From a virus, in IMG/VR virus record IMGVR_UViG_3300046786_000331, positions 81,728 through 145,727 of that record: DNA of 64,000 nt; one strand, written 5' to 3'. Shown here one piece after another: positions 48,401-56,305 of the stretch. Under the pieces are notes generated by a model, which searched no databases, was not told the origin of the DNA, and saw only the letters and a program-made list of their open reading frames with translations. Made by a program: the position numbers and the translations under genes. Within the stretch, counting starts at the first letter, position 1, and the number at the start of each line of letters is the position of its first letter.

Positions 48401-49056
48401 ACAGTAATTGGTCAGTTCAACAGAACGCTGATCAAGTGTGGGCCTTAGATACTAGCAGTTATACCTTGTTTGACTTATTGGCCAATGGTGTTACAGCCAC
48501 TACCGCTACAACACAGACTCAACTCGATTCCGGCCAACTAGCATGGAACAATTACGCATTCCAGTCACAACTAGTGAACTTGAACAAGGAACAGCGAGGT
48601 ATCAAGGGAGTTGAAACTATCGAGTTTGCTGACGGTGGCATACTAGATCACAACCCTAGTGATATTCCTCCAAGTCAGTTCTTTGATCCTACCACTACCA
48701 ACTGGGAATACACACTACAGTTAAGCGACCGTGGTAGATTTATTCTAAATCAAACAGTACCTAATGATACTTATTGTCAAAACTTGTATGTGTATGTTCC
48801 ACGCAATGACGATGTGCCGTTCCCAGTGGGCACAGTGATTACATTGATTAATGCTAGTAGCAGTAGTGCAGGCGGACAAAGAATCTATGTATATCCTGTG
48901 GATTATAACAATCAAGAATGTGCTAAGATTTGGTCAACCAGCGGCAATCAAAACTCAAGTCAATGGAGTTTCCAAGGCATACAGACTGCTACCTTGATGA
49001 AGATTAGCACTAATGCTTGGTTGTTAACTGCTAACGATATTTCAAACGAGGACTAA
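42469..49056 (+). CDS. large tail fibre/receptor-binding protein, 2195 aa
   Basis: AAGGAG SD; FPDGTVQTTA, GGSGTGA, beta-propeller-like segments, C-terminal FPVGTVITLIN...ATLMKISTNAWLL fibre module. Confidence 0.8.
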   Translation: MAIKPFAIQGADLTLGGVNLQAGTTGVVIPGVTQATNYLAEEVNDTNIDQSVQFVQLSIVIDAVTYNALSTSASIEAYASYTVEVDDDFYIDNIEVSSPGSYTQQEKTTNETTDMWAYTGLVDPFTTPFDEADWLQVPFRPKMRAGEIENVGGGGSGINKVYSYGGLYKIVAVIPGENVVFIAGDQTGTLNNCEYINVSVAPPQVAFATLDISYNNITDQTAITFDGDLTVQSWFATQDTQVAAINLTNNLTGLFVSGGYSEDGTFAINATDRIYSPNNPSSFIVNDDFTVTFPDGTVQTTAYTGYARRSFLLHEYADPAGFTIPSTITIDGMDYAGGEVQQDNVFGTSSSRVTLYADSMFAIIALNTDINAVYYNGEFGSDGDGQKSVSSGLENYRDGYYSWYNKLSGDDPAVTQIVIAKNPTNPGGVNYYNRSTDTNNDDFTVTGLDGATTVIVFNVYWDAVNGPGYESSIEIATKAIIDGAIYDDSPTELTDLAAIKAAFYARSTDRKNAIEGWEGDLLFANGFDFFGDTYQAVKPTGGSGTGAVLELQVYPDGSDFVYDEQDVILPGSGYQIGDTLTVPGSEFGGTSPANDVTITVDTVSFPSGGIVDYTVNGTAPSQVWPQSYIRDGDNDQYDIGNFIGTDRTRVTAVGTLTYTPEGGSESGNDVFQVLNIISADKAIRPGQWAWFENAGRGAFINWALSYGDNNEASYLDEYTGYTSTAALNYDYQVDVDNAHLNINGAGDWFIGSENFNTSIQGIDEIAPEPRDIEVRADGKTWLFGRDGSIYLPQNGDIKDSYGNSVLGIGNSGIPLPDWLNVVAGTEHLPTLNVDYGWDKDGVWTRNFTITGNDEGISYPFRTTDSALANQTTIVTVEFDVSADFQTDFGIGVFAASTTNPVWGWDLTEGNPTANRIGAQYNGPVPELHGISSGATADVPNPSNWSIPSAGTYVARLTVQPTEPGIATITLETLDTDGNVLNTITYTEESFFTTPYKIGFASDNDGGIVKGYFRNLSVDIDGGTFHQDALVNYTSVPTTNADIIGDSGVSTNGSKVTIYTDVYGYQGGEETRVRVKDPASEILNTYYDDEGPFGTGTITFRNGEVRIITNAYNDGQQDGVDMTVIDWSGSVPGGSDNPRFPVTFKTANYVEEVRDSVRIKPSEGAAQYQDQYMKVYAGGGVAPAIDSLHIHMAGAQENVELFLGTDNNYVSAKEAGTTPAGVRLHSDNDVEVVNSNLRINRKGSNWVHIYGDGDNRNIHGQTYDVSWSTMAADEHGDLYVGGEANSYAEAIVSKIGRDGNLIWSKYNNGDNVEGWQLDGIAYHDGQVATLVQTNSGRGQNYYKLSVMDSNNGDVISTTDIYDDEGDLNASSMIYHSTLGWTIVGQTYGEFGTTTSMADTNNPKDYTDWIRLPGDSTIIDGQYPSNYNNWAITGTGITGTQQLNGGVGFYRNCQVLNVTGSGENATVNVVADYNSNIYYIDQITSGGINYATGDTLKVSGAVFGGVPGATAQVATPTAIALNGSNLVEMTFTKAGYPNLYNQLKWAGWTAEYNTNIYNVVNIVSSGSNWIVAIDSTDTNSGTPPEVTFYTVSGNDFLFTCGSDGGLVSTSGPTGTVSKAYIDINLTQLGYNGQDLRASVTKTSGTDFTPGDYRIYGDGVTSYFVLADDSIDPTGVKTWFRNADTITVTEPTYGTSEVNLVSQYVPVPGTSYSGWTLSANIGGGDPFDSNITSVVYKGAPGTFTVTRQRNARAWVWTSEWTRYLGVVIDANDAYPNSRGRCIAEDPNDQSLVVGGYMNSPNGTGNALVWKLSKTGTTLWAKTIDDDGNYVRGIAVSPLTSEIYVASNATAITKIASGGGSIAGRVYPTGMWGVSEPEVHVKVEDDGYEYVYVGARGNAIWTNSQDVFCLNKLTSDLQTVWGRWLGYSNDSFSTDYDIDHTKFVIANGQASIAGYGYIYSDNNTNGLIYTLSTQDQFDSYYNSNWSVQQNADQVWALDTSSYTLFDLLANGVTATTATTQTQLDSGQLAWNNYAFQSQLVNLNKEQRGIKGVETIEFADGGILDHNPSDIPPSQFFDPTTTNWEYTLQLSDRGRFILNQTVPNDTYCQNLYVYVPRNDDVPFPVGTVITLINASSSSAGGQRIYVYPVDYNNQECAKIWSTSGNQNSSQWSFQGIQTATLMKISTNAWLLTANDISNED

Positions 49057-49057
49057 T

Positions 49058-50272
49058 ATGCCAGTAACACAAATAATGTCAGTGGCGGGTAGAACAGGTG
49101 GAGGAGGTGGAGGTCCACCTCCAGTTACCGGAGATTTCTTTTGGTCACCTGACAACGAACTATGGATAGCATTTGGTAGTTTTTATGCCGCAACTACTTA
49201 CTCTGGCACACAGCCTACTAAAACAGCCTATACCTATCCGGACGGTAGTTATAGTGGATATGTTCGCGAGTTTACCGGAAGTCAGTGGGCGTCAAGTCCT
49301 AACCTAGGAATAGGCGGTGCTTGGCAAAGTAATACTATTTCTATAAACTATTGGTTCTATCCTACTGCTAATGGTGTACAACTAATAAGCGAGTCAAATG
49401 TACCCGAAGCTCTTAACAGTTACCACTATAGTGTGTTGGAAATCACTAGCAGTGGTTATGTAAAGGCATGTTATTATAACGGCACTTATCCGTTTAACTC
49501 ACTTACTTCGACTAACCAAGTACAATTAAACAAATGGAATCACATTTACTTTGCCGAAGACTCTCAAGGTGGACATATATTTGAACTTAACGGTATAGGT
49601 ACTACAGGACTCCCAACGTATGTCAGAGCAGGGCCAGGAAGCACTAGTGAATACTTTATTATAGGTGACAGTGATGCTACCCATATGGGCAACACTGGTC
49701 GTTTTCAAGGCAAGATAGGTTACTTGTCTATCAACGATTATGTGGCAGGATCTACTTACAATAATAACTGGGCAAGATTTAATGCTAACAATACTGGACT
49801 AGTATTAGGTTCAAGTTGGACTATTGAGATTATTGCCGAACTAACCCCAAGTACCTTCTGGGCAAGTTTGTGGGGCAATGAAAGTTTTGATAATTCGACT
49901 GGATTTGTTGCTTATCTTAACGGTTCAGTAAGTCTTAATGTAGGCTCACCAACTGGTCAAGATGCATATAATGTCACCGGAATTGATCAGAAGGGGTATT
50001 GGGCATTTACACACGAGTCGGGTCAAGGTATAAAAATGTACAGAAACGGTGTGTTAGTCAATCCTAATACTCCAGGATTTGCTCAACCAGCCGGCGGAGC
50101 AGGAAGTGTTCCATTAGTCATTGGAAGTAGACACACTAACGCCGGCACAGGCTTTACTGATCCGTGCCCGGGAGTTTACTACTACAATAATGTAAACACT
50201 ACAACAGCATTAGATGCCACTGCTATTCAGGCAAGTTATGATGCTCTTAAAACAACCTACGGATTGCCTTAA
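49058..50272 (+). CDS. virion protein with concanavalin A/LamG-like domains
   Basis: SINYWFYP, LNKWNHI, FQGKIG, MYRNG, LVIGS motifs. Confidence 0.7.
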   Translation: MPVTQIMSVAGRTGGGGGGPPPVTGDFFWSPDNELWIAFGSFYAATTYSGTQPTKTAYTYPDGSYSGYVREFTGSQWASSPNLGIGGAWQSNTISINYWFYPTANGVQLISESNVPEALNSYHYSVLEITSSGYVKACYYNGTYPFNSLTSTNQVQLNKWNHIYFAEDSQGGHIFELNGIGTTGLPTYVRAGPGSTSEYFIIGDSDATHMGNTGRFQGKIGYLSINDYVAGSTYNNNWARFNANNTGLVLGSSWTIEIIAELTPSTFWASLWGNESFDNSTGFVAYLNGSVSLNVGSPTGQDAYNVTGIDQKGYWAFTHESGQGIKMYRNGVLVNPNTPGFAQPAGGAGSVPLVIGSRHTNAGTGFTDPCPGVYYYNNVNTTTALDATAIQASYDALKTTYGLP

Positions 50273-50868
50273 CGAATCCCTTGTTCTTTGAGCTTGATAC
50301 AAGTATCGCATCTTCCACAAGGTGCGATATTTTTTTCTGTGTATATAGGACGTCTACAACTCCAGAACATATTACGTAACGACTCGGGTAGCATGTCATA
50401 TATCTCACGTTTAGTCATGTCCATTACAGGAAATATCTTTTCCGCATCAGTAAATGCCTGTAATATTTTATTAGCACGTACACGGCGATCTTCTAATGAT
50501 TGATTAGCATCGTTAGCCTGCATACCCATGGCAACTTTTTGTATGTCTGGATTAACACTAGCGACATATCCAGCAAAAAAATTCATGCTATCTGTATCAA
50601 ACAAAAACTTTCTACCAAACGGTTGTGTACCTATTTCGCTTTCACTGTAGGCAAACTTAAATCCTAATCGTTTTAATTCTTTAATGGCTGTATTCACAGC
50701 AATAGATTCTGCCCGCCAACGATTTTCTATATTTTTATTGTGTACATGATGTATATGGATATCGTGGTCTTTGTAGGCATCTTCTGTTAAGAGTTTGTAG
50801 ACCATTCCTAGACTGTCAAGTCCGCCTGAGTACATGGCAAGTATTGTTGGTTTTATTTGTTGTTCCAT
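50269..50868 (-). CDS. QueC-like PP-loop ATPase
   Basis: AMYSGGLDS, P.MDMTKREI, WSCRRP...PCGRCDTC Zn site. Confidence 0.8.
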   Translation of the reverse strand: MEQQIKPTILAMYSGGLDSLGMVYKLLTEDAYKDHDIHIHHVHNKNIENRWRAESIAVNTAIKELKRLGFKFAYSESEIGTQPFGRKFLFDTDSMNFFAGYVASVNPDIQKVAMGMQANDANQSLEDRRVRANKILQAFTDAEKIFPVMDMTKREIYDMLPESLRNMFWSCRRPIYTEKNIAPCGRCDTCIKLKEQGIR

Positions 50869-51305
50869 ATATAAAATGTGTAAACTTCGTCGATAGGGTG
50901 TTCTTGTGGCTGCGGAGTTAATTCGGTAGCTTTAGGAAAATATACGGCATACTTTGTGGGCCAGTTAGGATTTAAGAACGCACGGGCCACTAATCTATCG
51001 CAGTTAGGCAATACTGTTTTTAGCACACGAGCACAAAATTCTTCGCCCAGTGCTAGTCCGCCATCTATAATAATTGTGTCCCAGTGTTCGTCTAGGCTAA
51101 ACCAATCCTTGTTCTTAATTTTAGGATCCGCATACTTGGGTTCTAGATCCCATGCTTCTGTAGCTAATGGCAACAGCAGTCTAGTGCTACCTAGCAGTAG
51201 TACACGACCTGTACAATAGCTTTCAAATACTTTAAAATCGTCTAAATTTGGAGCTGCTGGCCATTTAAGACCCGTCCAAAACTCTTTATCTGAGTGTATA
51301 TCCAT
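50853..51305 (-). CDS. hypothetical protein, degenerate class I SAM methyltransferase-like
   Basis: VLLLGST, WDL, DWF, WDTIIIDG; start moved to ATG 51305, 4 nt after TAAATA. Confidence 0.5.
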   Translation of the reverse strand: MDIHSDKEFWTGLKWPAAPNLDDFKVFESYCTGRVLLLGSTRLLLPLATEAWDLEPKYADPKIKNKDWFSLDEHWDTIIIDGGLALGEEFCARVLKTVLPNCDRLVARAFLNPNWPTKYAVYFPKATELTPQPQEHPIDEVYTFYIWNNK

Positions 51306-51309
51306 GCGG

Positions 51310-51337
51310 TATTTATTGTAGATCAACAGGCTAAATA
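51310..51337. promoter_or_regulatory. back-to-back TAAATA late-type promoters
   Basis: TATTTA 51310-51315 and TAAATA 51332-51337 between divergent genes. Confidence 0.6.
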
Positions 51338-51355
51338 TATAAAAGAGAGCGAATT

Positions 51356-51910
51356 ATGGCAATTCAAACAATTAATATTGGTAACGTAGTCAACGACGGA
51401 TTGGGTGACGATTTACGCACGGCATTTCAAAAGGTTAATGCTAATTTTTCAGATTTAAGTTCGAGTTTAACTGTTACAGCATCTAATGCTGGTGTTACTG
51501 GAGCAGGAATTTTTAAAGAAAAAGTTGGTGCAGATTTAAAATTCAAGCGTTTAGTTTCCGGTACTAAGATATTCATCGATGAATTAACAGATTCATTAAT
51601 TATTAATAATCAACAGCCCGACGGTTTTGTAAGAATTGATACTAATAACGGTACATTACTAGGTAATGACTATATTAATATTACCTTGGAAGGTGCCAAC
51701 GGTGCTGAAAACATTGAAGCTACTGTTTTAGATAGTGTTATTTCTATTGACACTGTTATTCCTGTAACTAAAATTTTAACAACTTTTGATTTTGGTTATA
51801 TTAACGGAGCATTTGAATATACTACACAACTTGCTCTAGCTAATGCTAATGTTGATTTTGGAACTATTACAAATCCCGGAACCATTGAATTAGATCTAGG
51901 CACAGTATAA
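51356..51910 (+). CDS. baseplate/fibre connector protein (gp9/10-like N-terminus)
   Basis: INIGNVVNDGLGDDLRTAFQKVNANF. Confidence 0.75.
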   Translation: MAIQTINIGNVVNDGLGDDLRTAFQKVNANFSDLSSSLTVTASNAGVTGAGIFKEKVGADLKFKRLVSGTKIFIDELTDSLIINNQQPDGFVRIDTNNGTLLGNDYINITLEGANGAENIEATVLDSVISIDTVIPVTKILTTFDFGYINGAFEYTTQLALANANVDFGTITNPGTIELDLGTV

Positions 51911-51921
51911 GGAATTGCTAG

Positions 51922-54369
51922 ATGGCTATTACTTGGGTAACACCCGCAGGCAGCTTAGGAATTATTGTTGAGCGTATTACACTCAACATTCCTTTAACCG
52001 CAACATCGACCGTAGGGCCTATAACATACAGCTTGATAGCTGGAAGTTTGCCTCGCGGACTTAGACTACAAGATAATTCCATTAAGGGAAGCCCTACTGA
52101 AGTAAGGCAGTTTACAGAAAAAAGATTTGTTATTAGAGCAGACGACGGTACTGATATCGAAGATAGAACATTTAGTTTATCAGTAGATGGTTACGATACA
52201 CCTACCTGGATTACAAACGAAGGATTTTTAAAAGTAGGCGATAATAATGCTTACTTTGTGTTAGACAATGCTTATGTTAATCTGCAACTAGAAGCAGACG
52301 ACACAGACTTGAATGCCGGAGATACCTTAGAATATTATCTAATTCCATCGGGTGGAGAACTTCCTCCGGGACTATCGTTAAGTAGTACTGGTTTAATTTC
52401 TGGTTTTACCGATCCTGTATTTGCCGTGGATTATCAAGAAAATCCAACTGGGGCATACGACACTAATGGATTTGATATTACACCACTTGACGTTGCACAA
52501 TCAAGATCAAACGGCTACGATAGTTTCCTTTATGATATTACTACGTTTGACTATAATGAACCTAGTCGCACTCCAAGAAAACTTAGCAGATTCTATACAT
52601 TTATTGTAGCAGTCACCGACGGCGTTAACGAAGTAAGAAGATTATTTAGAATCTGGGTAGTCACTGAAGAATTCTTAAAAGCTGACAACAGCATTATTCA
52701 GGTTGATACTAATTTATTCCAGGCTGATGCAACCAGTGATCGTGTGCCTTTATGGATTACTGAATCTAACCTAGGGCGTCATAGAGCCAATAACTATGTA
52801 ACCATTTACCTTGATGTATACGATCCTCCAAGTTTGAGTGGAACTATTTCCTATTTCTTATTAAGCACAAACCCAGACGGTTCTCCTAGCGTGTTGCCAC
52901 CTGGCATGGAATTAGATACTATCACTGGAGAAATTGCAGGCCGTGTTCCTTATCAAGCAGCAATAACAAAGACATATCAGTTTACCATGAAAGCGGTAAA
53001 CTTTCCAATTACACTAGCTAATGAAAATTATACATTAGTTGGAGACTGGAATAGTACAAGAACCTATCTAGAAAATGAAGCTGTTAGATACGGCGGTTTT
53101 GTTTATATCTGTTTACAGCTTAATAGAAACGTTGTTCCTATCGACGGTCCTTATTGGAGCCTAGGTGTAGGCACAGCAGACAAAACATTCACAGTTGATA
53201 TCATTGGAGAAATTGAAAGCGCCATTGAATGGATTTCAGATTCTAACAGAGGCAGTATTAAACCAAATCAACCTAGTACATTAAAAGTTGAAGCTCAGAG
53301 TTTATTGTATGGTGGAAAAGTTGTTTATGAATTTGTCAGCGGTAAACTTCCTCCGGGATTGAGTTTACTATCAACAGGTATCATCCAAGGAAAAGTTAAA
53401 CAGTTTGCTGATAGTACCGGTGATGGATTGACTCGTTTTTATGACGATGATGGTTCTAACATTACCTACAACACAACCTTTGACAGCAGCGAAACCAGCT
53501 TCGATCAGAAATTTACATTTACCATCAAAGCCAAAGACTCTGCAAACTTTGCAGAGAACTTAAAAGAATTCTATATAACAGTTATTGCTAACAATACAAA
53601 GACATTTGCTAATTTGTATGTTAAGGCGTTCCAACACAAAGACAAACGATTAGAGTGGTATAATTTTATTACTGATTCTAATATTTTTAGAAGTAGTGAA
53701 ATTTATCGATACGGCGATCCTAACTTTGGAATTCAAAGTGAATTAAAAATGTTAATGTTTGCCGGCATTGAAAGTGTAACCGCTGTTCAATATGTGCAGG
53801 CAATGAGCAGAAATCATTATCGAAAGCAATTAAGATTCGGTGATGTAAAATCTGCTGTTGCTAAAGACTTAGATACTCAAGAATCGTTATATGAAGTGAT
53901 ATATGTTGAAATCATAGACGAATACGAAAAGAATGGAAAGAGCATAAGCAAAACTATAGAGCTTCCCGACTATATCGAAAGCAAGGTATTAATCAGTTAC
54001 GATTCGATTAAAGTTGACAGCGATATTCCGTTTGGCAGCGATAGCGATCACCAACGTATCTTTCCTAACAGCATTAAGAATATGCGCTCTAGGATAAAGA
54101 ATATTGGCGAAAGAGATAGAGAATTTTTGCCACTTTGGATGCGCAGCATACAACCAAATAGCTTTGTAGAAACTGGTTTTGTAAAAGCTCTAGTACTTTG
54201 CTATGTGTCTCCGGGCACAAGCGATGGGGTTATTTCTAGAATCAAGTCCAGCAATTACGATTTTAAGAGCATAGATTTTACTGTAGATAGATACATAATA
54301 GATATTTTAGACAACGAAATAGAGGATAAATACCTTGCGTTTCCGCAACGTGGAGAAAAATTACCGTGA
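51922..54369 (+). CDS. baseplate-associated protein with putative Ig-like repeats
   Basis: Repeated G.LP.GL.L...G.I.G motifs. Confidence 0.75.
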   Translation: MAITWVTPAGSLGIIVERITLNIPLTATSTVGPITYSLIAGSLPRGLRLQDNSIKGSPTEVRQFTEKRFVIRADDGTDIEDRTFSLSVDGYDTPTWITNEGFLKVGDNNAYFVLDNAYVNLQLEADDTDLNAGDTLEYYLIPSGGELPPGLSLSSTGLISGFTDPVFAVDYQENPTGAYDTNGFDITPLDVAQSRSNGYDSFLYDITTFDYNEPSRTPRKLSRFYTFIVAVTDGVNEVRRLFRIWVVTEEFLKADNSIIQVDTNLFQADATSDRVPLWITESNLGRHRANNYVTIYLDVYDPPSLSGTISYFLLSTNPDGSPSVLPPGMELDTITGEIAGRVPYQAAITKTYQFTMKAVNFPITLANENYTLVGDWNSTRTYLENEAVRYGGFVYICLQLNRNVVPIDGPYWSLGVGTADKTFTVDIIGEIESAIEWISDSNRGSIKPNQPSTLKVEAQSLLYGGKVVYEFVSGKLPPGLSLLSTGIIQGKVKQFADSTGDGLTRFYDDDGSNITYNTTFDSSETSFDQKFTFTIKAKDSANFAENLKEFYITVIANNTKTFANLYVKAFQHKDKRLEWYNFITDSNIFRSSEIYRYGDPNFGIQSELKMLMFAGIESVTAVQYVQAMSRNHYRKQLRFGDVKSAVAKDLDTQESLYEVIYVEIIDEYEKNGKSISKTIELPDYIESKVLISYDSIKVDSDIPFGSDSDHQRIFPNSIKNMRSRIKNIGERDREFLPLWMRSIQPNSFVETGFVKALVLCYVSPGTSDGVISRIKSSNYDFKSIDFTVDRYIIDILDNEIEDKYLAFPQRGEKLP

Positions 54370-54971
54370 CCAGCAATATTAACTATTCAGCAATTAATGA
54401 AAACTTCCCTGTAGCAGGGCAAGACAATGACACACAGGTGTTCAGAGATAACTTTGATACTATCAAAACCAGTCTCCAAACTGCCAATACAGAAGTTACA
54501 GCATTACAAGCTGCAACACAAGGATTAGAACTACTCGCTTTTGACGACGAGGGAGGCAGCGGAAGTGACTTTAACAAACGAGTTATTTTTAATGCTGTTC
54601 TACAAAACAGTTTTAATAAAAAATTTGATCAAGGTGCTCCGGAAGGCGCTGTCACAGTAGATTACGAAAACGGTAGCTACCAGATTGTTAGATTTACAGC
54701 AGATACTACAGTTGAGTTTTTAAACTTTCCAGACAGTGACTCTTTCCCGGCCAGAGTTGGTAAAGTTACATTGGAACTCTACGGCGACAATAAAACTATT
54801 ACGTTCATTACGTCCGGTGGAACTGTCATTAAAAAGAATTCAACATTTCCAAGTCCGTTTATAGTAAACTCTGTAGAAGGTGCTGCCGGCGCCGGAAATC
54901 CATTAATTATTGAAGTTTGGAAACATAAAAGTGACCGAATCTTCCTTAACTACGTAGGCGAGTTCAGCTAA
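54366..54971 (+). CDS. putative virion structural protein
   Basis: GTG start; FPVAGQDNDTQVFRDNF followed by coiled coil; TAAATA at 54327. Confidence 0.7.
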   Translation: MTSNINYSAINENFPVAGQDNDTQVFRDNFDTIKTSLQTANTEVTALQAATQGLELLAFDDEGGSGSDFNKRVIFNAVLQNSFNKKFDQGAPEGAVTVDYENGSYQIVRFTADTTVEFLNFPDSDSFPARVGKVTLELYGDNKTITFITSGGTVIKKNSTFPSPFIVNSVEGAAGAGNPLIIEVWKHKSDRIFLNYVGEFS

Positions 54972-55207
54972 TGTTTCACCCTTTAGAACAGGATCTTACT
55001 AAACTTACCGATTCGGAAGTTGAAGCTAAGATCCAAGAGCTTTCTAGAAAATATTTTGCAGCTCAGCGTTTAGGCAAACCTGAGATGTTGACACAGATTG
55101 CAACTTTTGTTACAATATACAAACAGGAGATGTCTAGACGTTACATTGAGAAATCACGTAACGATTATGACACCGATTTGGGTCAACTAATTAATGTTAA
55201 CAACTAA
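54971..55207 (+). CDS. hypothetical protein
   Basis: TAATG coupling; helical. Confidence 0.7.
   Translation: MFHPLEQDLTKLTDSEVEAKIQELSRKYFAAQRLGKPEMLTQIATFVTIYKQEMSRRYIEKSRNDYDTDLGQLINVNN
55088..55116 (+). promoter_or_regulatory. intragenic sigma70 promoter upstream of the dnaE-like/groES block
   Basis: TTGACA-17 nt-TACAAT with TGn. Confidence 0.6.
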
Positions 55208-55670
55208 CACACAAGACAAACTAATAAAAGGCGTGATGATACACGGTCCAGAAATTCTGGAAAAATGTCTTGCAGATCCAAACGAACTTATACAATATCT
55301 CACAGTTCTTGAAAAAGAACATCTAAATTATCCAATTCCCTTAACTGAAATAAATCCAAATCGTTGGTTTATTCCCGACGACTATTATCCAAACCTAACA
55401 GAAATGCTCTACGGAATGTGTGAAACAGACATTCAAAGAGATCGTGTTAGTCAGGAATTAGAACTATATATTAGACACGGAATGTACGATATATTACATG
55501 TTATGAAATTTATTGTGGATACACTTAGAAAAAATAACATAGTTTGGGGTGTTGGACGTGGATCAAGTGTAGCAAGTTATGTACTCTATTTGATAGGGGT
55601 ACACAAGATAGACAGTATTAAATACAATATACCAATAGACGAATTCTTCAAAGGAGAAACAAATGGGTAA
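55194..55670 (+). CDS. stand-alone fragment of DNA polymerase III alpha (DnaE-like)
   Basis: RV..EL, FIVD.LR, VWGVGRGSSVASYVLYLIG.HKID.IKY; ends before the catalytic PDxD. Confidence 0.8.
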   Translation: MLTTNTQDKLIKGVMIHGPEILEKCLADPNELIQYLTVLEKEHLNYPIPLTEINPNRWFIPDDYYPNLTEMLYGMCETDIQRDRVSQELELYIRHGMYDILHVMKFIVDTLRKNNIVWGVGRGSSVASYVLYLIGVHKIDSIKYNIPIDEFFKGETNG

Positions 55671-55893
55671 AATTTACACAAGTATGCAAGGCAAGCAAAT
55701 TGATATGGAGAAATTGAATCTTCAGAATGAATTGCTACCAGCAGTAGGTAACATGAAAGTAAATGCACGTGGTGACGAAATCGGTGCAGGCGGTAAGATC
55801 ATTCGCACAAAAGAACAGATCCTACAAGATTATTATAGAGATAATCCAAGAGCAGCTAGAGAAGACGTTGGCGTTCGAGGAAGTAAGAAATAA
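55663..55893 (+). CDS. hypothetical protein
   Basis: AAGGAG SD; AVGNMKVNARGD motif. Confidence 0.75.
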   Translation: MGKIYTSMQGKQIDMEKLNLQNELLPAVGNMKVNARGDEIGAGGKIIRTKEQILQDYYRDNPRAAREDVGVRGSKK

Positions 55894-55895
55894 TC

Positions 55896-56303
55896 ATGGC
55901 AACAGCATATGACATCAAGCACGTTAAGTTACGTGCCCTGCACGACTGGGTCATAGTTTCTGACATGGATTTTGGTGAGATGGTATCTTCCGGAGGCATT
56001 GTTGTACAAAGTGATAATGCCAAAGCACACGGTATCAAACCACGTTGGGCTAAAGTCTATTGCATTGGACCAGAACAGAAAGACGTTAAAGTTGGAGATT
56101 GGATTCTAATCGAACACGGTCGCTGGACTAGAGCTATGCACATCAATGACGGAGAGCGTGAAGTTAAAGCGCATAGAGTTGACGTTAAAGGCATTATAGG
56201 TGTTAGCCTAGACGGAGAACGTCCTAACGATTTCTATATTGGAAACGAAATCAACAACGGTGATAGTATCACTATTAGACCCGAAGACTTCGGGGCAAGG
56301 TAA
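55896..56303 (+). CDS. groES: GroES/Cpn10-like co-chaperonin
   Basis: LRALHDWVIV, SSGGIVV, VYCIGP, VKVGD. Confidence 0.8.
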   Translation: MATAYDIKHVKLRALHDWVIVSDMDFGEMVSSGGIVVQSDNAKAHGIKPRWAKVYCIGPEQKDVKVGDWILIEHGRWTRAMHINDGEREVKAHRVDVKGIIGVSLDGERPNDFYIGNEINNGDSITIRPEDFGAR

Positions 56304-56305
56304 TT

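Noticed and set aside
32615-49708. Many short antisense or alternate-frame ORFs inside long genes (e.g. 36137..36445, 40132..40617, 45075..45419; also 25896..26339, 11793..12167)
   Set aside because: Shadow ORFs fully overlapping well-supported genes, with no SD, promoter or recognisable motifs
28510-50868. Complete 7-deazaguanine DNA-modification pathway
   Set aside because: folE, queE and dpdA/tgt were not recognised in this window, so the pathway cannot be asserted from this sequence alone
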